Part shown: positions 46,885 through 57,262 of the stretch, piece after piece | Layout of the letters: the number at the start of each line of letters is the position of its first letter | How positions within the stretch are numbered: position 1 is the stretch's first letter | Assembly: GCA_947623285.1 (NCBI GenBank) | Contig: CANQGP010000003.1 | Coordinates: forward strand, 853 to 64,852 | Reading direction: 5' to 3' | Length of the DNA: 64,000 nucleotides | Source of the DNA: an uncultured Clostridia bacterium | GTDB lineage: Bacteria > Bacillota > Clostridia > TANB77 > CAG-508 | The notes under the pieces: generated by a model | Databases searched by the model: none | What the model was told of the DNA's origin: nothing | The model's input: only the letters and a program-made list of their open reading frames with translations | Program-made: the position numbers and the translations under genes

Positions 46885-47841
46885 ATGAAGATTAAAAACG
46901 AAGATGTTACGATAAAAATAGGAAACAAAAAGATGAGTTTTAAAAATCTAATACTAGATAATTATATAGAACTTTTTAGAGATAGCTTTTTAGAATTTAA
47001 AAACAAAACTTTAAATTATTGTTTTATTAAGTTTAATGCAACACAAACAATAAACGAAAAATCAACAACTATGGATTATGATGTTGTAATGAGTTGTGAA
47101 ACCTATAAAATCAAACAGATTTATACAGGAAATACAATAACTAATAAATATACTTATGAAAAAGAATTTATAAATGGCAACAGCTTTGTAAATACTATAA
47201 AAAATCACGTAGGGGATAAAATTTGCAGCATAGGTTTTGGAGATTTGAAAGCTGTTGGAGAAGAAAAGGAAAGAACAATTTTCAAGCCAGTAATTTATGC
47301 TTTTCTAGATGTTAGTAGATATAATATCACAGTCCAAGAAGGGCAAGAGATAATAATAAGTCGAATTGATAAAGTGTCAAGCGATTTATTATTTTTTTCG
47401 CCATATCCAGTTTTAAAACTTCCATATCATTTGTCAATAGAAGGGTATTTAGCAACTACAGGTATGGAGTACTCAGAAATAGTACCAAAACTTGAAAGCA
47501 TAGGTTTTGGAAATTTAAGTAATGTCATGAGAGATGAGATACCAGCTGAACAATTAAATATAACAAAAGAAGGAATAGACACAATAAACATCGGACCTTT
47601 AACATTAAAAAATGAAGGAAAGGGACTTTATCCTTCATATAATTTATATCCGTCAGAAGACTTATACCCTCAAAAATCTACACCAAGGTGGATAATTTAC
47701 AAGTTCAGAATGTATAGGATTGAGTACGACCGTGATACAAGCGAAGAAACGTGGGTGCCAGTAGGCGGATACTATTATCAAAGCCAGTATACAGAGGCTT
47801 TTGGAAAAATGAATTTAAAAATTAAATATGAAAGGGGTTGA
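46885..47841 (+). CDS. tail/baseplate protein, hypothetical
   Basis: 318 aa, in the tail module. Confidence 0.5.
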   Translation: MKIKNEDVTIKIGNKKMSFKNLILDNYIELFRDSFLEFKNKTLNYCFIKFNATQTINEKSTTMDYDVVMSCETYKIKQIYTGNTITNKYTYEKEFINGNSFVNTIKNHVGDKICSIGFGDLKAVGEEKERTIFKPVIYAFLDVSRYNITVQEGQEIIISRIDKVSSDLLFFSPYPVLKLPYHLSIEGYLATTGMEYSEIVPKLESIGFGNLSNVMRDEIPAEQLNITKEGIDTINIGPLTLKNEGKGLYPSYNLYPSEDLYPQKSTPRWIIYKFRMYRIEYDRDTSEETWVPVGGYYYQSQYTEAFGKMNLKIKYERG

Positions 47842-47846
47842 AAAAT

Positions 47847-48317
47847 ATGTCTATTTTTAAATTTGAAAATTTACCAAGTACAAAAACGCCAATTGTAGAT
47901 AAAGTATTAGAAGCATTACAAACAAACATTTTGGAAATGATGCTTCCAGTTGGAGGTATATATAGAAATGCAGATGTGAACGTAGACCCAGCAAAAGAAC
48001 TAGGTTTTGGAGAATGGGAATTACGAGAAGGGGTTGTATTTGTTAGCGCTTCAAGGACAGATGAAGACTTTGCACTAGGAAAAACAGGAGGAGAGAAAAC
48101 ACACGCTATGACAATAGAAGATTTAGTGCCACACGAACACGAGCAATATGTAACATCTAATAGTGGAGGAGGCGCAGTGCGTAGCGATTTCACATCTGAA
48201 GACCATGGCTTTATGTATCCTCAAGGCTGTTCAACAGGTAGTACGGGAGAAGGCAAGCCATTTAACATTTGTCAACCTTATGATGTACCTAGTTATGCGT
48301 GGGTAAGAATAGCTTAG
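47847..48317 (+). CDS. phage tail-collar-type baseplate protein
   Basis: LGKTGGEKTHAMTIEDLVPHEHE resembles the tail-collar GGxxxHxLTxxEMPxHxH motif. Confidence 0.6.
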   Translation: MSIFKFENLPSTKTPIVDKVLEALQTNILEMMLPVGGIYRNADVNVDPAKELGFGEWELREGVVFVSASRTDEDFALGKTGGEKTHAMTIEDLVPHEHEQYVTSNSGGGAVRSDFTSEDHGFMYPQGCSTGSTGEGKPFNICQPYDVPSYAWVRIA

Positions 48318-48332
48318 GAAGGAGATGATACA

Positions 48333-50171
48333 ATGGCAGATAAAATAACATATGAAGATAAAATAGCGATTTACAACGACCCAGAAGTACCAGAAGAAAG
48401 TAAAGTAACTGATGAGAATATGAATAATATCAAGGAAGTTGTAAACAAGAACGCAGATGAACTAGATGAAGCTAAAAAAACAGTAGAAGCTAATAGACTA
48501 GCTGGAGAAGAAAGAGACTTAAATCATGAAAGAAGAATTGCTTTAATAGAATCAAAAAATTCTTCTCAAGATACAAGTATAAAAGAATTAAATACAACGA
48601 TAATTGATTTAAAAGATAAAGCAGGAAACAAACTAAGCCTAGAAATAGACTCTGTTAACTACATAATGACACTAAAATTACTAAATCAAGATGATGTTGA
48701 ACTTGATAGCAAAACAATAGATTTTCCTTTAGAAAGTGTAGTTGTAAATGGTAGATACGAAGATGGAAACGTTATATTAACTTTACAAAATGAAACAGAG
48801 ATAAGCTTTTCTGTTGCAGAATTAGTAAATGGCTTGATAAGTCAAGAAACTTTTAATAATGCAGTAAAAGAGTTGCAAGGAAAAATAGATAAATGTGTTA
48901 AAACAACTGAATTTCAAAAAAGCCAAGAGACACAAGACCAAAAAATATTATCATTACAACAAGAAAACGAAATGCTAAAAGGCTTATTGCCAACAGTAAG
49001 CGGAAAAAGAGAGGACGTAACATTAAAAGGCACAGGAGAAATGACATTTAAGAAGTTGCAAGTTGGGGGGAATAGTGTTCAAGATGGAGAGCCAAGTCCA
49101 GATAATGTAGTAGATATTAGAAATTGTGGAGATAATGTGAATTTATTTGATGAAGATGATAGTTGGATAACTGCAAGTACATCAGTAGTAAAAGCAGATT
49201 TAACAGAAGGAGAAACTTACGCTGTAAAAATTCATAATCCAAAAGAAAATTCAACATATCTAGTGAAAGGTGGTACTTCTTCTACCAGCTATGTAAATTT
49301 TCAAAATACTTGTAATAAAAATAATAATTATACAGGAAGTTTTACCTATACTATTAATGAGGACAACAGAAATTTTAAAAATGGAATATGCGTAAGAGAA
49401 ACTGTAGGTACATCATCTAAATGGCTTAGTTCTGAAGAAATTAAAGAACTTCAAATTAAAATTGAAAAAGGCACTAAAGCAACTCCATATAGCCCATATA
49501 ATTGCGGAAATATTAATACCAAAGTAACAGATAATGCAGAACAACAACAATCTAAAACATTTCCACTAGAAAAAGGACAAGTATTACATATAGGAGATTA
49601 TTTAGCAGATGATGGGATACATCAAACAAGAAAGACAATAGAGTTAGATGGGGCGAAAAGTTGGATTGAAATAAGTGCGGGGAGTCTTGGAGAATTGCAT
49701 TGTTATTATACTGTAATTGCTGATAGTATACAAAAGGAATTAAGTTCTTTATGTTCACATTTTAAAAATAAAAAAACGGTGTGGACAGCAGAAAATGCAG
49801 AAAAAGGCTATTGTTCAGATAGCTCTACATCAAAAAGCAAATTCTTTACTACAGATTTTGCTACCGTCGACGAATGGAAACAATACTTAGCACAACAAAA
49901 AGAAGCAGGAACACCTGTTATGCTTGAATATGAATTACAAGAAGAAAAAATAATTCCATACACCGAAGAACAACAAAAAGCCTATGATGAAATTATGCAA
50001 ATGACATCTTATGAAGATACAACACACGTATTTAGCGAAGATGAAATCAGTCCTATATTTGACGTAACAGCTTATGCAAAAATAACTACAAATGAACAAA
50101 CAGTTCAATCAGAACCAACATCAGAACCACCTACTTATGAAGAGTCTACAGAAGATGAGGAGGTGGTATAG
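48333..50171 (+). CDS. tail fibre / receptor-binding protein
   Basis: 612 aa with an N-terminal coiled coil. Last structural gene before the holin. Confidence 0.6.
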   Translation: MADKITYEDKIAIYNDPEVPEESKVTDENMNNIKEVVNKNADELDEAKKTVEANRLAGEERDLNHERRIALIESKNSSQDTSIKELNTTIIDLKDKAGNKLSLEIDSVNYIMTLKLLNQDDVELDSKTIDFPLESVVVNGRYEDGNVILTLQNETEISFSVAELVNGLISQETFNNAVKELQGKIDKCVKTTEFQKSQETQDQKILSLQQENEMLKGLLPTVSGKREDVTLKGTGEMTFKKLQVGGNSVQDGEPSPDNVVDIRNCGDNVNLFDEDDSWITASTSVVKADLTEGETYAVKIHNPKENSTYLVKGGTSSTSYVNFQNTCNKNNNYTGSFTYTINEDNRNFKNGICVRETVGTSSKWLSSEEIKELQIKIEKGTKATPYSPYNCGNINTKVTDNAEQQQSKTFPLEKGQVLHIGDYLADDGIHQTRKTIELDGAKSWIEISAGSLGELHCYYTVIADSIQKELSSLCSHFKNKKTVWTAENAEKGYCSDSSTSKSKFFTTDFATVDEWKQYLAQQKEAGTPVMLEYELQEEKIIPYTEEQQKAYDEIMQMTSYEDTTHVFSEDEISPIFDVTAYAKITTNEQTVQSEPTSEPPTYEESTEDEEVV

Positions 50172-50540
50172 ATGGAACAGATTTTATATAATATACATTT
50201 TACAAATACGGCGTGGGCTTTTATTGCACCTATCGTATTAATGGCGTTAGATATAATAACTGGATATTATAACGCATATAAAAACAATGAAATATCAAGT
50301 TCAAAAATGCGTGATGGACTAGGGAAAAAATGTGCAGAACTATGCTATATAATCGTAGGTGTACTTTTAAAATTTGCAATAGGTGTAGACATGGCAATGT
50401 ACGGTTTAGTAATTTACGTATGTTTTATGGAAATAATAAGCTTAGCTGAAAATTGCGATAAGTTAGGTTTTACATTGCCAAAAATATTGAAAGAAAAATT
50501 GAATAATGTAAATGATGAAATAAATAAGGAGGACAAGTAG
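50172..50540 (+). CDS. holin
   Basis: 122 aa with three hydrophobic helices. ITGYYNAYKNNEISSSKMRDGLGKK is holin-family-like. Precedes the amidase. Confidence 0.75.
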   Translation: MEQILYNIHFTNTAWAFIAPIVLMALDIITGYYNAYKNNEISSSKMRDGLGKKCAELCYIIVGVLLKFAIGVDMAMYGLVIYVCFMEIISLAENCDKLGFTLPKILKEKLNNVNDEINKEDK

Positions 50541-50648
50541 TATGGAAGACAATATTGTAGAAGAAACAATTGAATTTTCTCAAGAGTTATATGAGAAAAA
50601 TATAGCTGAGAATAAATTTAATGTTGAATATGAGGCAGGTGAAGACGA

Positions 50649-51473
50649 ATGCAAATAACTAACGTAACGTGTCCAGTCTCAAAATATTCAATTAAATGTC
50701 CAGATGTAACGAACAAAGACGGAATATGTGTGCATAATACAGCAAATGACGCAAGTGCAATGAGTGAAATATCTTATATGATAGGTAATGGAGAAAAATG
50801 CTCATTTCATGTTGCAGTGGACAATTATAGAGTTGTTACAGGATTGCCGTTCGACAGAAGTTGCTACGCCTCAGGAGATGGAAGGTATGGAAGTGGAAAC
50901 GCACACAAAATACATATTGAAATTTGTTATTCAAAATCTGGTGGACAGAATTTTGAAGAAAGTGAAAATATGGCAAGTGCTTATATTGCATTGCTTTTAA
51001 AACAATATGGCTGGGGAATAGACAGAGTTTTCAAACATCAAGATTTTGCAAATAAGTATTGTCCACACAGGACACTTGATTTAGGTTGGGAAAGATTTTT
51101 AAATAAAATAAGAGAGCAAATGGGATTGCAAGCTCAACCAATACCTCAAATTCAAGATACAGGAGGTGAACTAGAAATGGCAAGAGTTTACCAAAATGGA
51201 ACTACACCAGAGCCAGTATATACTGATACAGATTTGACTACAAGAATAGGTTGCCTAAATCCTCATGAGAAAGTTGAATATTTAAGCATTGATAAAGGCA
51301 GACCATTAGTTAGATATACTGTTGATGGAACAAGTAGGAAAAAATGTGGATATGTAGCATGGAGAGGACGGAGCAAAATAGAAATTGTAGGAACAATGTT
51401 TATTAATATGAAAACAAAAACTTCTGGTATTAAAAAATACTGGAAGTTTTTTCGTGTTTTAAATTTTATTTGA
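50649..51473 (+). CDS. N-acetylmuramoyl-L-alanine amidase endolysin (Amidase_2/PGRP type) with C-terminal binding domain
   Basis: GICVHNTAND...FHVAVD...HIEICYS...KHQDFANKYCPHR carries the zinc-amidase motifs. Confidence 0.85.
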   Translation: MQITNVTCPVSKYSIKCPDVTNKDGICVHNTANDASAMSEISYMIGNGEKCSFHVAVDNYRVVTGLPFDRSCYASGDGRYGSGNAHKIHIEICYSKSGGQNFEESENMASAYIALLLKQYGWGIDRVFKHQDFANKYCPHRTLDLGWERFLNKIREQMGLQAQPIPQIQDTGGELEMARVYQNGTTPEPVYTDTDLTTRIGCLNPHEKVEYLSIDKGRPLVRYTVDGTSRKKCGYVAWRGRSKIEIVGTMFINMKTKTSGIKKYWKFFRVLNFI

Positions 51474-51517
51474 AGGAAATTGAAAAGTATGGTATAATTT
51501 AAACAGTTGTAAAAATT

Positions 51518-51538
51518 TGTTAACAACGTGTTAATAAC
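51518..51538 (+). promoter_or_regulatory. 21-bp repeat TGTTAACAACGTGTTAATAAC, right copy
   Basis: Identical to 15231..15251. Lies 116 bp inside attR. Confidence 0.5.
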
Positions 51539-51653
51539 GGGGCAATTTTTCACATATTTAGATAGTTTTATAAAAAAACCATAAAATCGATACAAATATT
51601 GAAAATGCTATATTTTAAACAAAAATAAGAAGAGAAATTTTTCGTTTCTCTTC

Positions 51654-51674
51654 TCTTTGAAAATAAAAGGGGAT
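51654..51674 (+). repeat. attR core (TCTTTGAAAATAAAAGGGGAT)
   Basis: Identical to 15158..15178. Preceded by the hairpin AGAAGAGAAA..TTTCTCTTCT. Confidence 0.8.
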
Positions 51675-51863
51675 GTTTTTATTTTTAAATCAGTATCTTT
51701 ACTGATTATGCTTATACTATAACAATAGATTTTGTCCATTCTGTGAACTTAAAGTGAAAATATAATTTATAAAATCTTTTTACTATTTTATAAATTGTAT
51801 AGAAAATATGATTTAAGTATGATAAAATGCAATGGAGATTGTACAAAAAGGAGAATTCATTAA

Positions 51864-53078
51864 ATGGATAATACTGTTGGAGATAAAATATGGAAATTTA
51901 TCGAAAAAAATAAATATTATATATTCATGATTGCAATAACAATACTATCTATCTTAGTAAGAAAATCATTAATATATTTTGAATCTGATGATTTAAAAAC
52001 TTTTGTATTGCCTTGGATTGAATCATTCAAAGAACATGGAGGACTAGCTGGTCTTGGTCTAGAAATAGGAAATTACAATTTCCCATATCGTACAATACTT
52101 GCGATTATTTCATATATTGAAATCAACCCGATAATTTTAGTAAAGAGCTTTTCAATTATTTTTGATTATATTTCAGCCTTTACAGCAATGGAAATTGTAA
52201 CTTTGGTATTAAAAGATAATAAGCATAAAAAAATAATTTCATTTATAACATATGCAATCATACTATTTTTACCAACGGTTATAGCAAACTCAGCTTGTTG
52301 GGGTCAAGCTGATTCTATATATGCAGCTTTTATATTATTGGCCATCAAGTACGCAATTAAAAATAAATATGTAATTACTTTCATATTTTTAGGTTTATCT
52401 TTTGCCTTCAAGTTACAATTTATTTTTATATTACCATTATTTATATTCATGTTTATTTCTGAAAGAAAGTTTAAATGGTATTATTTTTTAATTATACCTT
52501 TAGTAAACTTTATACTTTGTTTACCAGCAATAATAGCAGGTCAACCATTAACAAATATATTCACTGTATATATGAATCAAACTGAAACAATATCAAATGA
52601 AATAAGTAGAGATTTCCCTGGAATTTGGAATTTACTTTTACCTGTTCAAGATACTAATTCTGTTATTTTGCCACATCCAAATATGAATTCTGTAGGAATT
52701 TATGTTACATTATTTGTATTTGCTGTGATGGCATTCCTTGTATTTGATAAAAAGATTAAATTCAATGGAAAAAATATAGTTGAATTTGGTTTATGGTCAA
52801 TTATGATATCTACTTTTTTGCTTCCTAATATGCATGATAGATATTTGTATGTAGGAGATATTTTAAGTGTTTTATATTTTATTTTTAATAAGGATAAAAT
52901 TTATGTACCTATCATAATTAATGCAGTTTCTACTTATACTTATTCATCATATTTATTTCAGGCAAGGAATATTCCGATACAGTATATAGCTATCGCATAT
53001 TTTATAGTTATAATATTAGTTACAAAAGATTTATACAAAAAATATTTATGTTTTAAAAAAATTAAAGAAGCTAATTAA
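51864..53078 (+). CDS. polytopic membrane protein, GT-C-fold glycosyltransferase-like
   Basis: 404 aa, more than 10 TM helices. Acidic first-loop motif YFESDD. Family assignment is tentative. Confidence 0.5.
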   Translation: MDNTVGDKIWKFIEKNKYYIFMIAITILSILVRKSLIYFESDDLKTFVLPWIESFKEHGGLAGLGLEIGNYNFPYRTILAIISYIEINPIILVKSFSIIFDYISAFTAMEIVTLVLKDNKHKKIISFITYAIILFLPTVIANSACWGQADSIYAAFILLAIKYAIKNKYVITFIFLGLSFAFKLQFIFILPLFIFMFISERKFKWYYFLIIPLVNFILCLPAIIAGQPLTNIFTVYMNQTETISNEISRDFPGIWNLLLPVQDTNSVILPHPNMNSVGIYVTLFVFAVMAFLVFDKKIKFNGKNIVEFGLWSIMISTFLLPNMHDRYLYVGDILSVLYFIFNKDKIYVPIIINAVSTYTYSSYLFQARNIPIQYIAIAYFIVIILVTKDLYKKYLCFKKIKEAN

Positions 53079-53108
53079 AGCTTCTTTTTTTGTTGTTATA
53101 AAATTTAA

Positions 53109-54380
53109 TTAAGGTTGTTCTCCTAATTTTAAAGTAATCTCTTTTTCTTCACCATTTCTATTAACCTTTAATTTTATTTCATCACCAATTTGTTTTGAAT
53201 TTTTAATCTCATTTAATGTATCCATAGAAGTAACTTTTTTGCCTTCAGCTTCTATAATAACATCTCCACGTTCAATACCAGCTTTTTCAGCAGATGAAAA
53301 TGTGTCAATAGATCTAACATAAACACCAACAACAAGATTATAAGCTTTTGCAGTTTTTTCATCTAAATCTATACCAGTAATTCCTATATAAGGTCTTTTA
53401 ACTTTGTTATATTGAATTAAATCAGATGTTACAGAAACAGTAGAATTTATAGGAATAGCAAATCCCATTCCTTCAATACCTGTACCTGAAAGTTTTAAAG
53501 TATTAACTCCAATAACTTGACCTTCAGAATTTACTAAAGCGCCACCACTGTTTCCAGAGTTAATAGCAGCATCTGTTTGAATTAAGTTGAAAGTTTTATT
53601 ATCTGAATCTTTAACTTCACGATTAACTGCACTTACAACTCCACATGTAATACTACTATCCATTCCTAATGGATTACCAACAGCCATTGCAAATTCACCA
53701 ACTTTAACCGAATCAGAGTCAGCAAATTCAGCTTTTGTAAGACCATTTTTTTCTATTTTAATAACAGCTAAATCAGTTTGTTCATCTTTTCCTACAATTT
53801 TTCCTTCATATTCAGTCTCATCATTGTATAATTTAACAGTAACTTTATTAGCTTCTGAAACCTCATAATAACTATCAGAAGAACTTGATGAAACAATATG
53901 ATTATTAGTAAGTATATATCCATCCTCACTTATAATAATTCCAGAACCTGTAGCTGTAGCAGATGATTGTTGTTGTTGCATAGAAAATATAGACATTCCT
54001 GAATTCACTGTATACTCTACAGATATACCAACAATTGAAGGTAAAATTTTGTTAGCTGCATAAATAGAAGTATCTGAATAACCAGACAATGAAGTTTGAC
54101 TAACATAACCAGAATTAGAGTTGTTATCACTAGAAGAACCTAGAGGAAAAGAAAAACTACCAGCATCACTATTGTTAAGTAATACATTTCTTATTGAAGG
54201 TACACCAAAACAAGTACCCAATACAATAGCAGAACCAACTAGCCCACTAAAGAAAGGTATTAGTATTGTTTTACCAAAACCTCCTGATTTTTTTTCTGAT
54301 GTTTTTCTATCATATGATGAATAACTTGAATTTTTTACAGTTTTAAAATTTCCTTTATTTTCTGTATTTTCTTTGTTCAT
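53109..54380 (-). CDS. htrA: HtrA/DegP-family serine protease with PDZ domain
   Basis: Catalytic triad context TNNHIV, DLAVIKI, GNSGGALVN. N-terminal TM anchor and C-terminal PDZ. Confidence 0.9.
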   Translation of the reverse strand: MNKENTENKGNFKTVKNSSYSSYDRKTSEKKSGGFGKTILIPFFSGLVGSAIVLGTCFGVPSIRNVLLNNSDAGSFSFPLGSSSDNNSNSGYVSQTSLSGYSDTSIYAANKILPSIVGISVEYTVNSGMSIFSMQQQQSSATATGSGIIISEDGYILTNNHIVSSSSSDSYYEVSEANKVTVKLYNDETEYEGKIVGKDEQTDLAVIKIEKNGLTKAEFADSDSVKVGEFAMAVGNPLGMDSSITCGVVSAVNREVKDSDNKTFNLIQTDAAINSGNSGGALVNSEGQVIGVNTLKLSGTGIEGMGFAIPINSTVSVTSDLIQYNKVKRPYIGITGIDLDEKTAKAYNLVVGVYVRSIDTFSSAEKAGIERGDVIIEAEGKKVTSMDTLNEIKNSKQIGDEIKLKVNRNGEEKEITLKLGEQP

Positions 54381-54547
54381 TTTAGACCTCCTATAATTTT
54401 TTGTTTAATACATATTACAACACTTTTGTGAAAAAATTGTGAAATATTAGTAACTATTTACAAGTTTTATTTATATAATAGTTGAAAAAAATAAAACATT
54501 TATGATAAAATGAATTTGGCAATAAATAAAAGAAAGGGAAGATACAA

Positions 54548-55036
54548 ATGTATAAAAAAGAAAAAGGTGTTACTTTAGTTATATTAGTAATAACAGTAAT
54601 GGTTTTATTAATAATAGTAGGAGTGGTTGTTCAAACAGGAGTAAGCGGAATAAGAAATGCAGAAACAGAAAGTCTAAAGACAAATTTATTATTAATACAA
54701 GCAAAAGGAAAAGAATATGTAGAAAATGCTAACTTTCATTTTGGAACAGGAGAATTAACAGAAGAACAAAAAACAGAAATAAAAGGTCAATACCTAAAAG
54801 GAACTCTAATAAAAGAAGGCTTGCCAATAGAATTAAAAGAAAATGAAGAAGCATATCAATTAAATTCAGAAAATATGAAAGAAATGGGATTAAACGATTT
54901 AATTGAAACAGCAGGAGATTATATAATGATTTACAATATACAAGGAGAATCAGTTGATGTAATGTATAAACCAGGAATATCAAAAAACAACCAAAAACTT
55001 TATACATTATCTAGTATTGAAGAGGCAGGAATTTAA
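54548..55036 (+). CDS. hypothetical protein with pilin-like hydrophobic N-terminus
   Basis: KGVTLVILVITVMVLLIIVG resembles a prepilin leader but lacks the conserved Glu. Confidence 0.5.
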   Translation: MYKKEKGVTLVILVITVMVLLIIVGVVVQTGVSGIRNAETESLKTNLLLIQAKGKEYVENANFHFGTGELTEEQKTEIKGQYLKGTLIKEGLPIELKENEEAYQLNSENMKEMGLNDLIETAGDYIMIYNIQGESVDVMYKPGISKNNQKLYTLSSIEEAGI

Positions 55037-55039
55037 AAA

Positions 55040-55681
55040 ATGAAAGAAAAAGAACTACAAAGGCTAAAAGAACTAAAAAAAATAGAGGAGCACATACATA
55101 AAGAAGAAAAAATAAAATACATTTGTGGAATAGATGAAGCAGGAAGAGGACCTCTAGCAGGTCCTGTTGTTGTTGCTAGTGTCATAATGCCAGAAGATTC
55201 AATGATAGAAGGAGTGAATGATTCCAAAAAAGTTTCTGAAAAGAAAAGAGAAGTGTTATATGATAAAATAAAAGAAGAAGCAATCAGTTATGGAATCGGA
55301 ATTTCTTGGCATGATGAAATAGACAAGATTAATATACTAGAAGCAACAAAAAAATCAGTTACAGAATCTATAGCTCAACTAAAAACAAAACCAGAAATCA
55401 TATTAGTTGATGCTTTGAAAAATATAAACACATTGGGAATTCCGTATCATTCAATCATAAAAGGAGATGCAAAAGTATATGCAATTTCTGCAGCATCAAT
55501 ACTGGCAAAAGTAACAAGGGACAGAATTATGAGGGAGATGGATGAAATATATCCGCAATATGGATTTGCAAGACATAAAGGATATGGAACAGCAAAACAT
55601 ATGGAAGCAATAAGAAATTACGGACTATGTCCAATACATAGAAGAAGCTTTACAAAAAATATAGTCAAAAATAATCCTTGA
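55040..55681 (+). CDS. rnhB: ribonuclease HII
   Basis: GIDEAGRGPLAGPVVVASV and DSKK motifs. 213 aa. Confidence 0.9.
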   Translation: MKEKELQRLKELKKIEEHIHKEEKIKYICGIDEAGRGPLAGPVVVASVIMPEDSMIEGVNDSKKVSEKKREVLYDKIKEEAISYGIGISWHDEIDKINILEATKKSVTESIAQLKTKPEIILVDALKNINTLGIPYHSIIKGDAKVYAISAASILAKVTRDRIMREMDEIYPQYGFARHKGYGTAKHMEAIRNYGLCPIHRRSFTKNIVKNNP

Positions 55682-55697
55682 AATCAGGAGGTTTGAT

Positions 55698-57002
55698 ATG
55701 AATATTTTAGAAATAATTGCCAACAAAAGGGATAAAAAAGAATTAACAACAGAAGAAATACGATATTTTGTTAAAGGATATACAAATGGAGAAATTGAAG
55801 ACTATCAGGCAGCAGCATTAATTATGGCAATATATATAAATGGAATGACAAATAAAGAGACCACTGATTTAACAATTGAAATGGCTAATTCAGGAGAAAT
55901 TTTAGATTTAAAAGATTTAGATAAAATAATTGTAGACAAACATTCAACAGGAGGAGTAGGGGATAAAGTATCATTAATACTATGTCCATTAATTGCATCA
56001 TTAGGAATTAAAGTAGCTAAAATGTCTGGAAGAGGATTAGGATTTACAGGTGGAACTGTTGATAAATTACAATCAATACCAGGATATAGAACTGACATAC
56101 CAATGGAAGAATTCGTGGGAAATGTAAAAAGAGTAGGACTTAGCATGATTTCTCAAACACTTAATCTAGCCCCAGCAGATAAGAAAATATATGCATTACG
56201 AGATAGTATATCTTGTGTTGAAAGCATACCATTAATTGCCTCAAGTATAATGAGTAAAAAAATTGCAAGTGGTGCAAATAAAATTGTAATCGATGTTACA
56301 GTAGGGTCTGGAGCATTTATGAATACAAAAAGTAATGCAAGAAAATTAGCTAAGCAAATGATAGAAATAGGCAAGTTAGCCGAAAGAGAAACAGTATGTG
56401 TGCTAACAAACATGAACGAACCATTAGGTTATGCCGTAGGAAACAATATTGAAGTAATAGAAGCCGTAAAATTTTTAAAGGGAAATATGCCAGAGGATTT
56501 AAAACAAGTTGTATTTGAACTTGCAAATAATATGATAAAATTATCAGGTAAGAGTTTAGATGATGAAGAAAACAAAAAAATGATACTTGAAAATATAAAA
56601 AATGGAAAAGCGCTTAATAAACTTATAGAAATGGTTAAAAACCAAAATGGAGATGCTTCATTTATTGAAGATACAGACAAATTTAAAAGGTCAGAATATA
56701 TGGAAAAAGTAGTAGCTCAAAAAGAAGGATACATTCAGTCAATAAATGCTAAAGAAGTTGGTGAATTAGCATGTTATCTAGGAGCAGGAAGAATAAGAAA
56801 GAGCGATGTAATAGACAACACTGTAGGAATTGTAATGAATGTGAAGGTAGGAGAAAAAGTAAAAAAAGGACAGCCATTAGCAATAATCCATGCAAATGAC
56901 TATGAAAAGCTAAATGAAGCTAAACAAAAACTTCAAAAAATAATAAAAGTAGGAGAAAATAATAAAAAGAAAATACCGGCAATATTAGAAATAATTTCAT
57001 AA
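55698..57002 (+). CDS. pdp: pyrimidine-nucleoside (thymidine) phosphorylase
   Basis: IANKRDKKELTTEEIRYFVKGYTNGEI.DYQAAALIMAIYINGM and DKHSTGGVGDK. Confidence 0.9.
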   Translation: MNILEIIANKRDKKELTTEEIRYFVKGYTNGEIEDYQAAALIMAIYINGMTNKETTDLTIEMANSGEILDLKDLDKIIVDKHSTGGVGDKVSLILCPLIASLGIKVAKMSGRGLGFTGGTVDKLQSIPGYRTDIPMEEFVGNVKRVGLSMISQTLNLAPADKKIYALRDSISCVESIPLIASSIMSKKIASGANKIVIDVTVGSGAFMNTKSNARKLAKQMIEIGKLAERETVCVLTNMNEPLGYAVGNNIEVIEAVKFLKGNMPEDLKQVVFELANNMIKLSGKSLDDEENKKMILENIKNGKALNKLIEMVKNQNGDASFIEDTDKFKRSEYMEKVVAQKEGYIQSINAKEVGELACYLGAGRIRKSDVIDNTVGIVMNVKVGEKVKKGQPLAIIHANDYEKLNEAKQKLQKIIKVGENNKKKIPAILEIIS

Positions 57003-57085
57003 ATTAATTAAGTAATTTTGTTGGAAATTGTGTCGAACTATGTTATACTAATTATAGAAAACTTGGGGAAAGGAATGATATAAAA

Positions 57086-57214
57086 GTGAAAAAAGATAAA
57101 CAACAAGCTAAATACGATAGAGGTCAAATTTTCGTAAAAATTGTAGCAGCAATATTAGCATTAATGATGGTAGTAGCAGTTGCTGCATCAGCACTATATG
57201 TATTGTTTACTTAG
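57086..57214 (+). CDS. small membrane protein (42 aa)
   Basis: VKKDKQQAKYDRGQIFVKIVAAILALMMVVAVAASALYVLFT. GTG start after GGGGAAAGGAA. Below the ORF-track cutoff. Confidence 0.4.
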   Translation: MKKDKQQAKYDRGQIFVKIVAAILALMMVVAVAASALYVLFT

Positions 57215-57262
57215 TATAAATAAAATACATAGAAGCACCTAAATGGAGGAAATAATATAAAT

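Larger units (their letters stand above)
15158..51674. mobile_element. integrated siphovirus-like prophage (~36.5 kb), possibly defective
   Basis: 21-bp direct repeats at both ends and an integrase next to the left repeat. Canonical order: lysogeny, replication/recombination, late regulator, packaging, head, tail, lysis. Confidence 0.9.

Noticed and set aside
50788-51595. ORFs 50788..51000 (+) and 51263..51595 (-) overlapping the endolysin gene and the attR arm.
   Set aside because: The first is an alternative frame inside the amidase gene. The second is antisense to it and runs through non-coding attR-proximal DNA. Neither has an RBS or a recognisable fold.
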